A stretch of 64,000 nucleotides of DNA from a virus. Taxonomy: Duplodnaviria > Caudoviricetes. Numbering within the stretch: the stretch's first letter is position 1; every line of letters starts with the position of its first letter. Of the stretch, positions 49,518 to 59,956 are shown in pieces. The notes below the pieces were generated by a model. The model worked only from the letters and a program-made list of their open reading frames with translations, was not told where the DNA came from and made no database searches. Made by a program: the position numbers and the translations under genes. The stretch lies in the IMG/VR virus record IMGVR_UViG_3300021387_001709, positions 64,001 through 128,000 of that record, one strand, 5' to 3'.

Positions 49518-51098
49518 TTATGCTATTTCAGAACCAGTATTTCTACTTCTTTCAGCACTACCGCTTAAATCATCGTCATCTGATCTAGGTCTTCCGACAG
49601 TATTACTGGAAGTATTATAACTTGATTGTAGTGGCTTCATCATATCCTTAATACCAATAGCATTCTCAAACCTAATCTTGTTGATTGCTTTATACGGTGT
49701 TCCTTCAACAACAGATAAATAATCCAATGCCGGGCCGCCAAGTGTCGCGGAGTCTTTATATCTCTGAATATAATCATCCTCGTTAAACCAGGTTATTCTC
49801 AGTATTTCAAAGATATATCCCTTTGATATATTTTCTGCAATATAAAAATTCAGCCAAGATTCTAACCTATTTACCCAGACCCACACATTTGATTGATCCG
49901 CAAGCTGAGCAAATTTAATAGCCAGATTAGAAGTAGAATTACCGCCGGACACAACTGTTTGTGTTAATCCGCTGTTAGAAAACAGATTATTTATAGATTT
50001 CGCTAACGCATCTGTATCCGACGCATGTGACGTGTCATTAAACGTGATTTTATCGATATCAAATGGAGCAGTAATAACACCGACCAAATCCGGCACTGAC
50101 TGTTCCTCAAGCTGTCGAAAATAATTAACCATCTCCATTGAGATAGCAAAATCATCAACATCCCCGCTATTACCATTGTCCACTAACGGTATCTTATTCA
50201 CAATCAAAGCATAATTCTCAAGTTCTGTTTTAGATTGAAGAATCTGCTACAAATCAAGCAAATCTAATAAATCCGTAAACAGCGGAAGAAAATATGGCAA
50301 TGGGAAAGAGAACTCATCTTCCGGACCAATTAACAAAACACAACATTTTTCGGGAGGTAATCTAAACCATTGATAATCTCGTCCGCCATCCTTATATGAA
50401 CGATATCCGTTAATAAATACTTCATCCCATGTTGCATAACTTCCTTGTCCGTCAACTCCAAGGACAAACTCACTATTGTTGGCTGCATCAAAAAATGCCG
50501 CATTAAAATACACAACCCACTCGCCATACTCATTTTTTCCTACAATCCTACAATACTGAACATCTAACGGCATTAAAAATGTTCTTCCCTATTTATTCTC
50601 GTAAACATACCCAGCATAAAATCCGTCACGGATTGCAAGATATAATGCGGTATACATATCTTTTTTTAGGCTGAATTTATCAAAAGTCTCGAGTACTTTT
50701 TGATAACCTTTAAGTGCTTTATCAACATCTATATCTTCAGACAAATCATTTGCTTGAGTAATTGTATAATAGAACAACGGCATCGCCGCCATATACATAA
50801 TCATTTTTTGATATAACATTGAGTTCCTGACTAAAAATCTCGAAATTTCTCGAAGAGTATCTTGATTGTTAGCCGGAGACTAAACATATGTTTTTACGAG
50901 ATCTTTAGTGTATTGCGTGAAAGTTCTGTTTACAGACCTAGTGGCGTTACGCTGAAGAATTTCTTCCATTTTTGCGAATGTCATTGTCTGCGCACGTTCA
51001 CGCTTATATGAAAAATCCTCCACATCCGTGGGAATTGTAGTTATTTTAGTTTCATTATTTTTGGGGCCGCGGTCAGCGGTTTTCTTTCTTGTTGCCAT
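49518..51098 (-). CDS. Portal protein (YonE-like), 526 aa in code 15
   Basis: Four same-frame fragments joined by TAG, immediately after the terminase. C-terminal PLQSSYN..GRP motif. Confidence 0.8.
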
Positions 51099-51113
51099 GC
51101 GGCACCTCCTTCA

Positions 51114-53171
51114 TTATTTAAATCTGGTTACTTTTTTGGGTTGACGGAATGTAAATTGAGAAAATAGCTATTGTGGATCTTGATTTTTAGGCTTTTTCAA
51201 AATATCACTTCTACGTTCTTGAAGTAAAGCCCATCCAAGCAAAGCGCAAGTATATGCGCGATCATCGTGCATTTTATTTGCCTTTTCCGGTGTTAATTCA
51301 AAAGAATCTTTGCCTGTATCTCTCTTCTTCCTCACCATATTTACCAATTCTTCTTTTAATATATCTATATTAACAAGACCAATTTCATCTCGCCAATCCA
51401 ACTTAATAGTTTTCGTTTTTACCGATTGTAGTTTATTAAGTTCCTCTTTTAACTTTTCTTCAAACTCTTTCCCTACAATCTTTTGTTTCTTTAATTTTTC
51501 AGTTATCTTTTTTGTCTCTTCATCAATCATTTTCTAATCAACATCAAAAACAGTAAGATATCCTTTATGATCGTAATTAGCGGTAAAACTAATTTTATTC
51601 TAATTTAACATTTCTATAAGTGCTTCGTACATCTACGATTTATAAGCACTTGGATTCATCATATGGAGTTTTCCCTAAACCGCGTCCGGAAATCTTTTAA
51701 CGTACTCCTCAGAATATTCCTTATCTATAAAACCTCTGTGTTCAACCCCGGCTTTATCGACCCAGTTTTGCATTAACATATCCGCAATAATTGGACCACC
51801 CCCACCAGAACCGGCATCTATATAAATTCCAAGAATATTATCATAATTATCAGCACCACCATTATAATCAAGAATCATTTGTCTTAAATATTCAACTTGA
51901 TCCGGTGTTTGCATAGGTGATTTTATTTTTTTACCTACGTCTAACAGATTAACTAAATTAACAATTCTCGCTTTATATTCCTTCGACCCATCAGGAAGTG
52001 GAGATTCGTAACGCTCAGCAACTAAAACTACAGAATTATCTCTCATCCTAGCTGGATCATAACAAATCCAAAATTTCCTATTACCGATATCATTACTATG
52101 AACTGGTTTTCTCGTTTCTTCGTTACGAGTAATGACTCCGCGCTTTACAATAGCATCAGCTCCAGCCTCTGTGGTAAATTGACAATAATATTCTCGTCTA
52201 GCCTTTTCGGGATTTGTTCTCATTTCATAATCAACTGTTGAGCGAGATAGAAGAGGAGCAACAAGTTCTCCTCTAATTGTAGGTTTAAATGCCAACTCAC
52301 AATCCATATGAAGAACAACATACTCCGGATTACCCATTATCATATTTTTCGCGAATTCTCTATATAACCTATAGAATGCAGTATCCGTACTACTTGCGGA
52401 ACTAATATATATTTTTTGATATCCAATTCCTTGTGGAAAACATCTCTATCTAATTGGGTCTATAGATTTACCACTAGCGTCCTTACCAGTTTTAAGATTT
52501 TTATTTACAGCAGCAAACGCTCCATAAACGTTCATCAATTCATCAGATAAAAATCCACTTTCATCAAACACAATCGTGCCTCTGTAGCCACGGTGTGCAT
52601 CTATATTAGCATTTAACGTTTGGGAAAAAGAACCATTATACAAAGTATATTTAAAGCCGTCGGAAGAATGGCTAAAACCATCTCCAGACGCATTGCTAAT
52701 GACAATCTCATCCTTAAATATCTTTCCAGTAGAACCTGTAAAGGTATCAATATTATCATTTGCTAATTTTTCAAGAGTAGTGAAAGTATTCTGTGCCTAA
52801 CTACCGGACCCACTAGCAATATATGCCCAATAATTATTGAATAACATCCCCTTAGACATTAACTCCAGATCAATTACTGTCGATTTACCAAAACCTCGCG
52901 TACAAACAAGGAGAGAATTTGGAGTAAACCATGTTCTCTATACGGCGAGCGACTACATATCTAATAACTCAATATTGAAAAAATTATCAATAAATCTAAC
53001 AGGATTACATTGATAATACTTCTGCATTTCTGCAATTGCTAACAAAGACTCAATTTTTCTACTAGACATAGGATAATCAATTGGCTTGACAAATACACCG
53101 TAATCTTTATAAAAGTCCTTGTCATAATCCAAATAGCCAAAATCATAAACTGGAGAAATCAGCGTCTTCAT
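51114..53171 (-). CDS. Terminase large subunit (YonF-like), 685 aa in code 15
   Basis: Walker A CTRGFGKS, Walker B IVFDESG, nuclease YDPAR and HDDRAY. The Q-motif Gln upstream of Walker A is encoded by TAG (ELLDM*SLAV). Confidence 0.9.
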
Positions 53172-54501
53172 TTTCGTCGTCCTCCTCGTTTTCATCATTG
53201 GCAAAAACAGAATATAGATCTCTTAAATTCCTATATTGATTACTAATATCAATTCCTTTTTCTTCTAAATAATCTTTAAGATCAAGATTCTCCTAGAGAA
53301 GTATTCTATTAATCTCTTTATATGAATTACATTCTTCACGAAGTTCTTGGATGGTTTTTCTCATAGTCGCAACCATATCTGACCATTCTGACTCATCAAG
53401 AGCCAATTGCTTCATAAGAGAGGCATCGGCGATTTCTTGTACTTGCTACATACCTCGACAAGTTCCAATATCAAAACCGTTTACTTGCCCATCTCTTAAA
53501 TTTAATTCCTATATCTTTTTAAGTTTTCCGGTCCAAGTGTTTTCGCCTCTGATAGAATGTTTACTGTTCTTTAAAGAAATGCAGCTCTCTTTGGCAAGAT
53601 TATTCACGCTACTCAAAATTTGCGCTTTCATCTATTGAAGGGCTTTGATAGTGGCTATATTCTTTTCAGCATTCCTAAAATCTTGCGATAACTGAGCAAC
53701 CATGTCATCAATATTTGAAGCCTATAAAAAACCACGAACGATGGATATAATAGAAGCAGTTCTCATCATATCATCGTTGCCTTCTTCAGATGAATCTAAA
53801 AAACCTATTAACTACGAATATAAAAACGGCTAGTCGGATAGCTTTTCTTTATCAAAAGGAAGATACCCCAATAACCGCAAAGTGTCATTTTTATTTTTTT
53901 CAAATTGTTCAATAATTTCCTAGTCCTTTGGTAAAGCATTTTCCGCCATATCTTCAAGAGACATTGCGCCACCGGTATAATTGTCAGACTCTCTATAAGT
54001 CATTGTATAATAATTAACCATCTGGATATTTTTGCAATATGAAGTATAAACATTACTTTTGCCTTTCCCAGATGCTCCGTTAGCAGCTTCGAGAAGAGAT
54101 GCTTCCCATACAGTTTCCAACATTGGTTTGTTTAAAAAATACATAGCGTCGTCAACCGTTTGTTTGGTTGGTTGCTATTTTTCTCCATTAACAACTGGCA
54201 GTGCAATTTCTTCCGCACATTGCTTACATCCGTCCGTTAATCCAGATGCTTGTCCGGGAGCAGTAGAAACATAGAATTTATCTTTTGTTTTAACGTGACC
54301 ACAATGCTGACACGTAAAGAATTTACTCCCAACGCCAATCGCTTCGAGTGCTTTTATCTAATCACTAGGTTTAAGCGTATCAAACAATTCGCATAACTAA
54401 TCAATCGTCTTATCTATTTCTTTTAGGTTTGTAGTTTTACCGGCTTCCTTCGGTGAAACCGGCTTTTTCTAACCTTTTTTCACTATTCTGGTTGCAGACA
54501 A
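53143..54501 (-). CDS. Zn-finger protein upstream of the terminase (YonG-like, possible small terminase), 452 aa in code 15
   Basis: GGAGG RBS, TTG start, CQHC...CKQC, many TAGs, overlaps the terminase start. Confidence 0.65.
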
Positions 54502-54556
54502 AACCTTTTACCTCCTTTTAATCATATTGATTTTACCATATTTATCACTGGCAAAT

Positions 54557-54625
54557 AGAATATGTACGACTCGAACGTCTCCCCTTCGTCCCAGGCGAAG
54601 TGTGCTACCATTACACCACATACTC
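54557..54625 (-). tRNA. tRNA-Pro(UGG), possibly degenerate
   Basis: GAGTATG/CATATTC acceptor, TAATGGTA D loop, CTTCG-CCTGGGA-CGAAG anticodon arm, TTCGAGT T loop. C33 and an imperfect T stem are atypical. Confidence 0.6.
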
Positions 54626-54638
54626 TAAAATAATAAAT

Positions 54639-54702
54639 TTCACCCCAGGAATCGAACCCGAAGCAGAAGAGTAATAGTTACTCTCCCGCGTACCAACATG
54701 AA
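54639..54702 (-). ncRNA. tRNA-like element lacking a D stem, with a 12-bp hairpin capped by CUA
   Basis: Canonical T arm TCGGG-TTCGATT-CCTGG, GG-containing loop, GCGGGAGAGTAA-CTA-TTACTCTTCTGC. Confidence 0.4.
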
Positions 54703-54706
54703 CGAA

Positions 54707-54808
54707 TCAATGCGTTATTAATTTAACAACATTGCAAAATGCAACCGTCATACTCCAACCGCCAAGAACGGCTACAAGGTTGCAAATAATTTTGTCGCGT
54801 AGGCGCAT
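54707..54808 (-). CDS. 33-aa hydrophobic peptide inside the tRNA cluster
   Basis: Perfect AAGGAGGTGA RBS; MRLRDKIICNLVAVLGGWSMTVAFCNVVKLITH. Confidence 0.55.
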   Translation of the reverse strand: MRLRDKIICNLVAVLGGWSMTVAFCNVVKLITH

Positions 54809-54836
54809 AAACTCACCTCCTTGAAATTACTGATAG

Positions 54837-54910
54837 TAGCGAGGGCCGGCTCTGCCCCGACGATCTCCAGAACATGACTCTGGCGAGATGACTGACTTCT
54901 CTACCTCGCA
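54837..54910 (-). tRNA. tRNA with CAU anticodon (Met or Ile2) and a non-canonical elbow
   Basis: GCGAGG/CCTCGC acceptor with a U1.U72 mismatch, GAGA/TCTC D stem, CCAGA-GTCATGT-TCTGG anticodon arm, GTCGG-GGCAGAG-CCGGC T arm. Confidence 0.7.
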
Positions 54911-55007
54911 TTAATAGTAGCGTATAACCATTACTTAGCTACTACCATGGTGCGCATCCACAAGTTTTTCATGTATTAGGAATAACGGCCTCGTCGGCCA
55001 AAAAATA

Positions 55008-55559
55008 TCAACCCAAAAAATCGGTATTAATAATATTGACAATAGTTTCTCTGGTGAGGGCTTTAGATCCTCTATACGTAAACTGATGATGTCCGTATTC
55101 ATCATCATAGCAGAAGCAGAAGCCGCGATTATCATCATCCACGCAAAGAGAATGAGATACATGCTCGTCTTCCTCATAAAACTCCGGCTCACCGATAATC
55201 ATTGGGAATACATCGCCATCAACATGAGGATAGTCCTCAATATAATCATAGGCATAATCCGAATCAATAAAGTAATAGTCTGCCTCACAATATACAAACA
55301 TCTTATCCCCCACATATTTCTCGGGGTCTGTAAACGCCGGCTGTACCCAAATAGTACGCTCATCAATGCTAATAATATACGGCCCATTATCTTCTTCCGT
55401 GAATTCGGAACAATCACCGAGTTCGCAACCGAAGCGGATTCCAATATTGATAAAGTCCCTAGCATCGTCATAATCGGCGATAATTGCAAATCTCAATTCA
55501 TCGTCCCAATAATCATTAAAGAAACAATCAACGTCTCTGATAATTTCAACATTTCTCAT
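55008..55559 (-). CDS. Acidic hypothetical protein
   Basis: Intact ORF in the standard code with an RBS. Confidence 0.7.
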   Translation of the reverse strand: MRNVEIIRDVDCFFNDYWDDELRFAIIADYDDARDFINIGIRFGCELGDCSEFTEEDNGPYIISIDERTIWVQPAFTDPEKYVGDKMFVYCEADYYFIDSDYAYDYIEDYPHVDGDVFPMIIGEPEFYEEDEHVSHSLCVDDDNRGFCFCYDDEYGHHQFTYRGSKALTRETIVNIINTDFLG

Positions 55560-55596
55560 AATAATCCATCCTTTTAATCATAGCGGTCAAGTAAAG

Positions 55597-56814
55597 TCAA
55601 TCCTTAAACTTAACATCATATATACAATCAAGACCCTCTTTCTCGTCAATAACAAGAACAGTCTGCTCGGGGTAGTTATTTAATCGCTTGCTAATTGCAA
55701 ACGAATCGGTGCCGGACAAACAGCCGGTTTGCACAACTTTAACGTTGCTCCTTGTCATATAAGCATTGGTGTGGCGATGACCCAGGAGAATTAAATTGAA
55801 CTTAATCCCCGTCAGCTGAATAAGGTTATCAATAACATTATCCGGGGTATCTTTATCGCCGTGAACAAACGCCACGTTTATACCGCGAACGGCAAACATC
55901 GCAATACCTTGTTCAATGTCGTTAGTGTGGAAAGTGACATTCTTAAAATTCTGAAGTTTGGCACTCAAGAACGGAATCACCAAATTATCAAAATTCTCAT
56001 GATCGAGACTTTCTTTAATGTTGGGAGTAATTCGTGAGTGATTCCCAGGCGCTACATATACATTTACTTCATTAAATCTATAGCTAAGTGCCGCAATAAA
56101 ATCGGCAACATAATCCATCACCATAAGAAACTGGTCAATCAAATCTTGGTTATTCTCGATCCTAAGCGTAGAATGGATTGCCCCGGAAATAAGCTCACTA
56201 AGCAACACGTAGGCATTCTGACAACCATTGGTGAGTTGTATTTCGAATATACGGTCAAGATAGTGATTTAACCGTTTCTTCAATACATCCTCGTTATACT
56301 CATTCCAAAAGTTATTAATATTAATGCCGGCATGGACATCACTCAACGGAATAATCATATCCTTATCAGAAGTAATAGCACCGTGAAAACGAGCATTTTC
56401 CTCGTACTCCAGAGCGTGAGAATCCGTAGCTTCTTTAATAGAGCGAACAATTTGCTCCATATAGGATTCTTTCCTCGCTTGTTCACGAAGTAATCGCCTA
56501 TACTCATTGCGCTCATCGCGAACTTTGATACGCTCCTTCTCAAGTTCTCGGCGAAGTTCACGCAGCTCCTCAGCATCCGCAGATTGAGTAGCATCACCAA
56601 AATCTTCGCGGAATTTGCGAACCAGCGCATACTTCTTCCTAAAAACTGAATCTGTCACGTACTCGTCAGGGTTATCATTGAGTTCCTTATTAATACACTC
56701 GGCCAATTCGGGCCAAGTCATATCAATAAGTCCTTCATATTTTTTATCACCCAGTCGGGTAATGTATTGGAGTTCTGTTTCTCCAGGTAAACGTTTGGTA
56801 ATTGATTCTATCAT
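55597..56814 (-). CDS. Calcineurin-like metallophosphoesterase (YonJ-like)
   Basis: SDVH, GNHSR, HGD and GHRH motifs after an N-terminal coiled coil. Confidence 0.85.
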   Translation of the reverse strand: MIESITKRLPGETELQYITRLGDKKYEGLIDMTWPELAECINKELNDNPDEYVTDSVFRKKYALVRKFREDFGDATQSADAEELRELRRELEKERIKVRDERNEYRRLLREQARKESYMEQIVRSIKEATDSHALEYEENARFHGAITSDKDMIIPLSDVHAGININNFWNEYNEDVLKKRLNHYLDRIFEIQLTNGCQNAYVLLSELISGAIHSTLRIENNQDLIDQFLMVMDYVADFIAALSYRFNEVNVYVAPGNHSRITPNIKESLDHENFDNLVIPFLSAKLQNFKNVTFHTNDIEQGIAMFAVRGINVAFVHGDKDTPDNVIDNLIQLTGIKFNLILLGHRHTNAYMTRSNVKVVQTGCLSGTDSFAISKRLNNYPEQTVLVIDEKEGLDCIYDVKFKD

Positions 56815-56831
56815 TAATTACCTCCCGCGAA

Positions 56832-57053
56832 TCATTCCTCATCTTCGAAGGAATCCGTCAAATCCATCTCGTCCTTAGTAGAAATACTCACATCAATAGC
56901 CTCGCCGCGAAACGGCTTAAAACAATCCAGAATAGAAATTGTCTTAGACTCGGCGTCGCCGTTAATATACTCAAGGGTAGTACCATCCGCCGAAAGAGTG
57001 CCCTTGATGTTGAACTTCGAGTTAACAAGTTTCTTATACTTATAATTCTGCAT
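56832..57053 (-). CDS. YonK-like small protein
   Basis: FNIKG.L...F.G..I..SI pattern and position directly upstream of the YonJ-like gene, as in SPbeta. Confidence 0.6.
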   Translation of the reverse strand: MQNYKYKKLVNSKFNIKGTLSADGTTLEYINGDAESKTISILDCFKPFRGEAIDVSISTKDEMDLTDSFEDEE

Positions 57054-57087
57054 AGTTTATTTCTCCTTTTAATCCTTTAATAAATAA

Positions 57088-57393
57088 TCAATTAAGTTTC
57101 ACCGAGGCGCCGGAAGTTTTCGCAGCGTAATCTCTGGTGCTTCTAATAGTAGCGAGTAACACATCCATTGCCTGAGTCGGCTTAAACCCGGCTTTGACTA
57201 AAGCATCATACTTTTTCTTATAATGAGTAGCTTCAACCATATAGTACTCATCATTACCGACCAAATCTTTATACATGGTAAGAAGTTCCCCTCCCACAGA
57301 ATAAATAATCGGCTTAGCGGTTTGAATAACTCGGGTAATCGCAGAATTAATTTCATCTGGATTACTCATCAATGCTTGTAATAGTTCTTCCAT
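57088..57393 (-). CDS. Hypothetical protein
   Basis: Intact ORF with RBS. Confidence 0.65.
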   Translation of the reverse strand: MEELLQALMSNPDEINSAITRVIQTAKPIIYSVGGELLTMYKDLVGNDEYYMVEATHYKKKYDALVKAGFKPTQAMDVLLATIRSTRDYAAKTSGASVKLN

Positions 57394-57462
57394 AATCCTT
57401 TTATCTCCTTAAAAATACTGCGGAAATCCCCATCCCGAAATCTCCGCAGCTATATCAATATA

Positions 57463-58077
57463 TTATGCAAGTACCTCATCAAGGGTACAATCGATACCAA
57501 TTATCTTATCAACAACACCAAGTTCCTTGGCTTCGGTAGAATACATATAGTATTCTTGTTCAAAGATACTGTCATAAAATTCTCCGGTCATCTTTGTACG
57601 ATCAAGAACAAACTTTTTATTCTCATTTTCCATATTTTCGAAGAAATTCATGGTGTCACGCGCTTTTTTTGAACTGTTGGAAATACTAATAGTCCCATCA
57701 TGCTGGAGATAAATTGTATTTTTAAAACCAACGCGTTCATGACAAGCCAAAAAGACATGATAGCAAGCGGAAGCAACCAGAGATAATCCAATGCCGATAA
57801 CAGGCGTTTTACTCTGGAGAATTACGTCCGCGACATTCTGCGCAACAAACGTGTCTCCACCGACGCTACTGAACAATATTTTAATCGGCTTACGCTTTTC
57901 GACCGGGATATCAACGTCATCCATATTCCATTTGAGAATATACATCACAACGTTTTCTACCATGTTATCATCAACTTCTTCATTAAAAACGAGAATTCTT
58001 TTATTTAAGAACTCCCGGTATAATTCATCATATGTGTCCGACTGAGAGCCGGAAATCGGCAGTATAAAATCATTCAT
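57463..58077 (-). CDS. clpP: ClpP-family protease
   Basis: RILVFNEEV, SVGGD, ASA (Ser), QHD (His) and EAKELGVVDKI. Confidence 0.85.
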   Translation of the reverse strand: MNDFILPISGSQSDTYDELYREFLNKRILVFNEEVDDNMVENVVMYILKWNMDDVDIPVEKRKPIKILFSSVGGDTFVAQNVADVILQSKTPVIGIGLSLVASACYHVFLACHERVGFKNTIYLQHDGTISISNSSKKARDTMNFFENMENENKKFVLDRTKMTGEFYDSIFEQEYYMYSTEAKELGVVDKIIGIDCTLDEVLA

Positions 58078-58104
58078 ATATAATTTACCCCCGTTAGTTA
58101 TTAA

Positions 58105-58413
58105 TTATTCCTCGCTCATTGCCTTAAGACGAGCCTCGACCTCACGGCGAACTCGTTCTTCAAAATCGGCCTCACGGTCACGCTTACGAGTCTCCATGAT
58201 CTTGTCAAGAGATGCCTGAAATTCAGGTGTATCTTCGAAAACAAAGACCGATCTTTTCTTTTCACTATCTGCGGCATCTGCCTTAATGTCAATAATTCTG
58301 TGACCCTCACGCAGAAGCTGGCGGGCAATATAACTCTTTTTAATAACCTTGCCCTTAGGGGTATTTTGTGTTTCTGTAGTTGTAGCATCTTGTTTAATTG
58401 TTCTGATTTCCAT
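58105..58413 (-). CDS. Hypothetical protein
   Basis: Intact ORF; ARQLLREGH.IIDIK...SVFVFE. Confidence 0.65.
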   Translation of the reverse strand: MEIRTIKQDATTTETQNTPKGKVIKKSYIARQLLREGHRIIDIKADAADSEKKRSVFVFEDTPEFQASLDKIMETRKRDREADFEERVRREVEARLKAMSEE

Positions 58414-58449
58414 AATCGTTTTCTCCTTTTAATTCATATTTATATATTA

Positions 58450-59655
58450 TCAAAAATACATATTTGCAAACATCTTGGAAGTAGTAGATCTAACATCCTC
58501 TTCCAAATATATACAACCAAATTTCGGATTTCCTTTAAAGAAATTACACATCTTAATTAGCGAATTCTCTTTAGTATTTAGTATTTCACTCTGCTTGTAA
58601 TCCCCGCTAAATATTATTCGGCTTTCTTCCCCAAGACGAGTACCGATTAACCTAATCTGTTTTTCAGTTAAATCTTCGCTTTCCTCGCATATCATATATT
58701 GAGAAATAAAAGTCCTACCTTTAATATAATGCGGAGTTATTACTTCCAGTTGACCTCTCTGTTGAAGAGTATTAAACTCAAATTCTTTCCCATTTAATTG
58801 CTCCTCAATTGGCTTGAAATACAATCCGATTTTCTCATCTAATGTGCCGGGTAAATACCCACTCTCTCTGCCGGATGAAATGGGTTCCCTACAAACAGTA
58901 ATTCCTTGTTGATAACCTTTTTCTTGTACGGCATAAACACCATACCTTACACTTAAATAATCCTTCCCGCCGCCCGGTGTTCCCAGCAACGCACATATGG
59001 TTATATTCTGATTATTAAGTAAGTCCAGCGCACATCTTTGGAGAGAGTTCTTCCCCTTTATTATTTTTGACGGCGGTAACTTCAACGGTACAAACATTGA
59101 ACCGTCAAACCGCATTTCCTTAATAGAATCGTCGTCTGTATTATTAATAATGATATACTCATTTGTATACCATTTAGAATAGTCTAAGTTATTCATATAG
59201 TTATTAATATACTCGGTATCTCCGGTAATCTTAACGTATCCCTTATAAATTTCATCCTGATGTTCGAATTCCTCAACGTCTAATCCAAACACTTGCTCGG
59301 CAATTACGCGACATCCCACATCAAAAGTAATAAATCTAATCGGGATTACATTAGTAGAATACCACGCCGCACACGCACAAATAATATTATCCGGCGTCTC
59401 GGGTATATTGTAAGAATTGATTAATTCCTTAATGGAATTATTATAGACAATGACCTCATATTGATCTTTATGTTCGTTTAAGAATCGAATTGCCTTACGC
59501 GCGGCAGAACGAACGTCGTCCGCCTTAGACCGGCTACTTTTAATTTCTTCGAGTTCAAACAGCGTTTTATCAGAAATGATAAACGACATCTCATCAAAGT
59601 AGTCCGGATTCTCAATCAACACATTAGTGTCGAGAAATAGTTTTGCATCGCTCAC
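58450..59655 (-). CDS. phoH: PIN domain + PhoH-like ATPase (PhoH2 type)
   Basis: FLDTNVL PIN start, GTPGGGKD P-loop, GYLPG, IKGRT, TRLGE.S..IFSGD.KQ and VRS motifs. Confidence 0.88.
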   Translation of the reverse strand: MSDAKLFLDTNVLIENPDYFDEMSFIISDKTLFELEEIKSSRSKADDVRSAARKAIRFLNEHKDQYEVIVYNNSIKELINSYNIPETPDNIICACAAWYSTNVIPIRFITFDVGCRVIAEQVFGLDVEEFEHQDEIYKGYVKITGDTEYINNYMNNLDYSKWYTNEYIIINNTDDDSIKEMRFDGSMFVPLKLPPSKIIKGKNSLQRCALDLLNNQNITICALLGTPGGGKDYLSVRYGVYAVQEKGYQQGITVCREPISSGRESGYLPGTLDEKIGLYFKPIEEQLNGKEFEFNTLQQRGQLEVITPHYIKGRTFISQYMICEESEDLTEKQIRLIGTRLGEESRIIFSGDYKQSEILNTKENSLIKMCNFFKGNPKFGCIYLEEDVRSTTSKMFANMYF

Positions 59656-59678
59656 GGCTCAAACCCCCTTGCGGAATA

Positions 59679-59864
59679 TTATCTTGTAAACGTAGTAACG
59701 GTTTTGGAGTTTCTGTACTCATCAAGTAACCGCATCGATTTTGGGGACGTAGTCAAATAGTAGCGTTTTGCCTTAGCATGATGCGTTGCGCTACTCATAT
59801 GGACATCATGACCGCGATTTTTGCTTCTTAAAAATTTTGCCTCATCAGCAGAAATTTTAATCAA
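59679..59864 (-). CDS. Small basic hypothetical protein
   Basis: TTG start with an AAGGATGTG RBS. Confidence 0.55.
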   Translation of the reverse strand: MIKISADEAKFLRSKNRGHDVHMSSATHHAKAKRYYLTTSPKSMRLLDEYRNSKTVTTFTR

Positions 59865-59901
59865 ATAATTTCACATCCTTATAATATATTTTTGGTTTTA
59901 C

Positions 59902-59935
59902 AAAAAAATAAAGGGAGTGTTGTTTCACTCCCTTT
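59902..59935 (-). terminator. Rho-independent terminator after HU
   Basis: AAAGGGAGTG/CACTCCCTTT stem with a T tract. Confidence 0.65.
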
Positions 59936-59956
59936 AATAAATAATCAAATAAAAAA

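Noticed and set aside
1-54501. Decayed prophage, pseudogenes or sequencing errors as the cause of the fragmented ORFs
   Set aside because: The interruptions I checked are TAG and frame-preserving, they fall at Gln positions, the only frame changes coincide with introns, and a cognate suppressor tRNA is present.
54837-54910. Initiator tRNA-fMet call
   Set aside because: It has a 1-72 mismatch but lacks the three consecutive G-C pairs in the anticodon stem, so identity is left as Met/Ile2.
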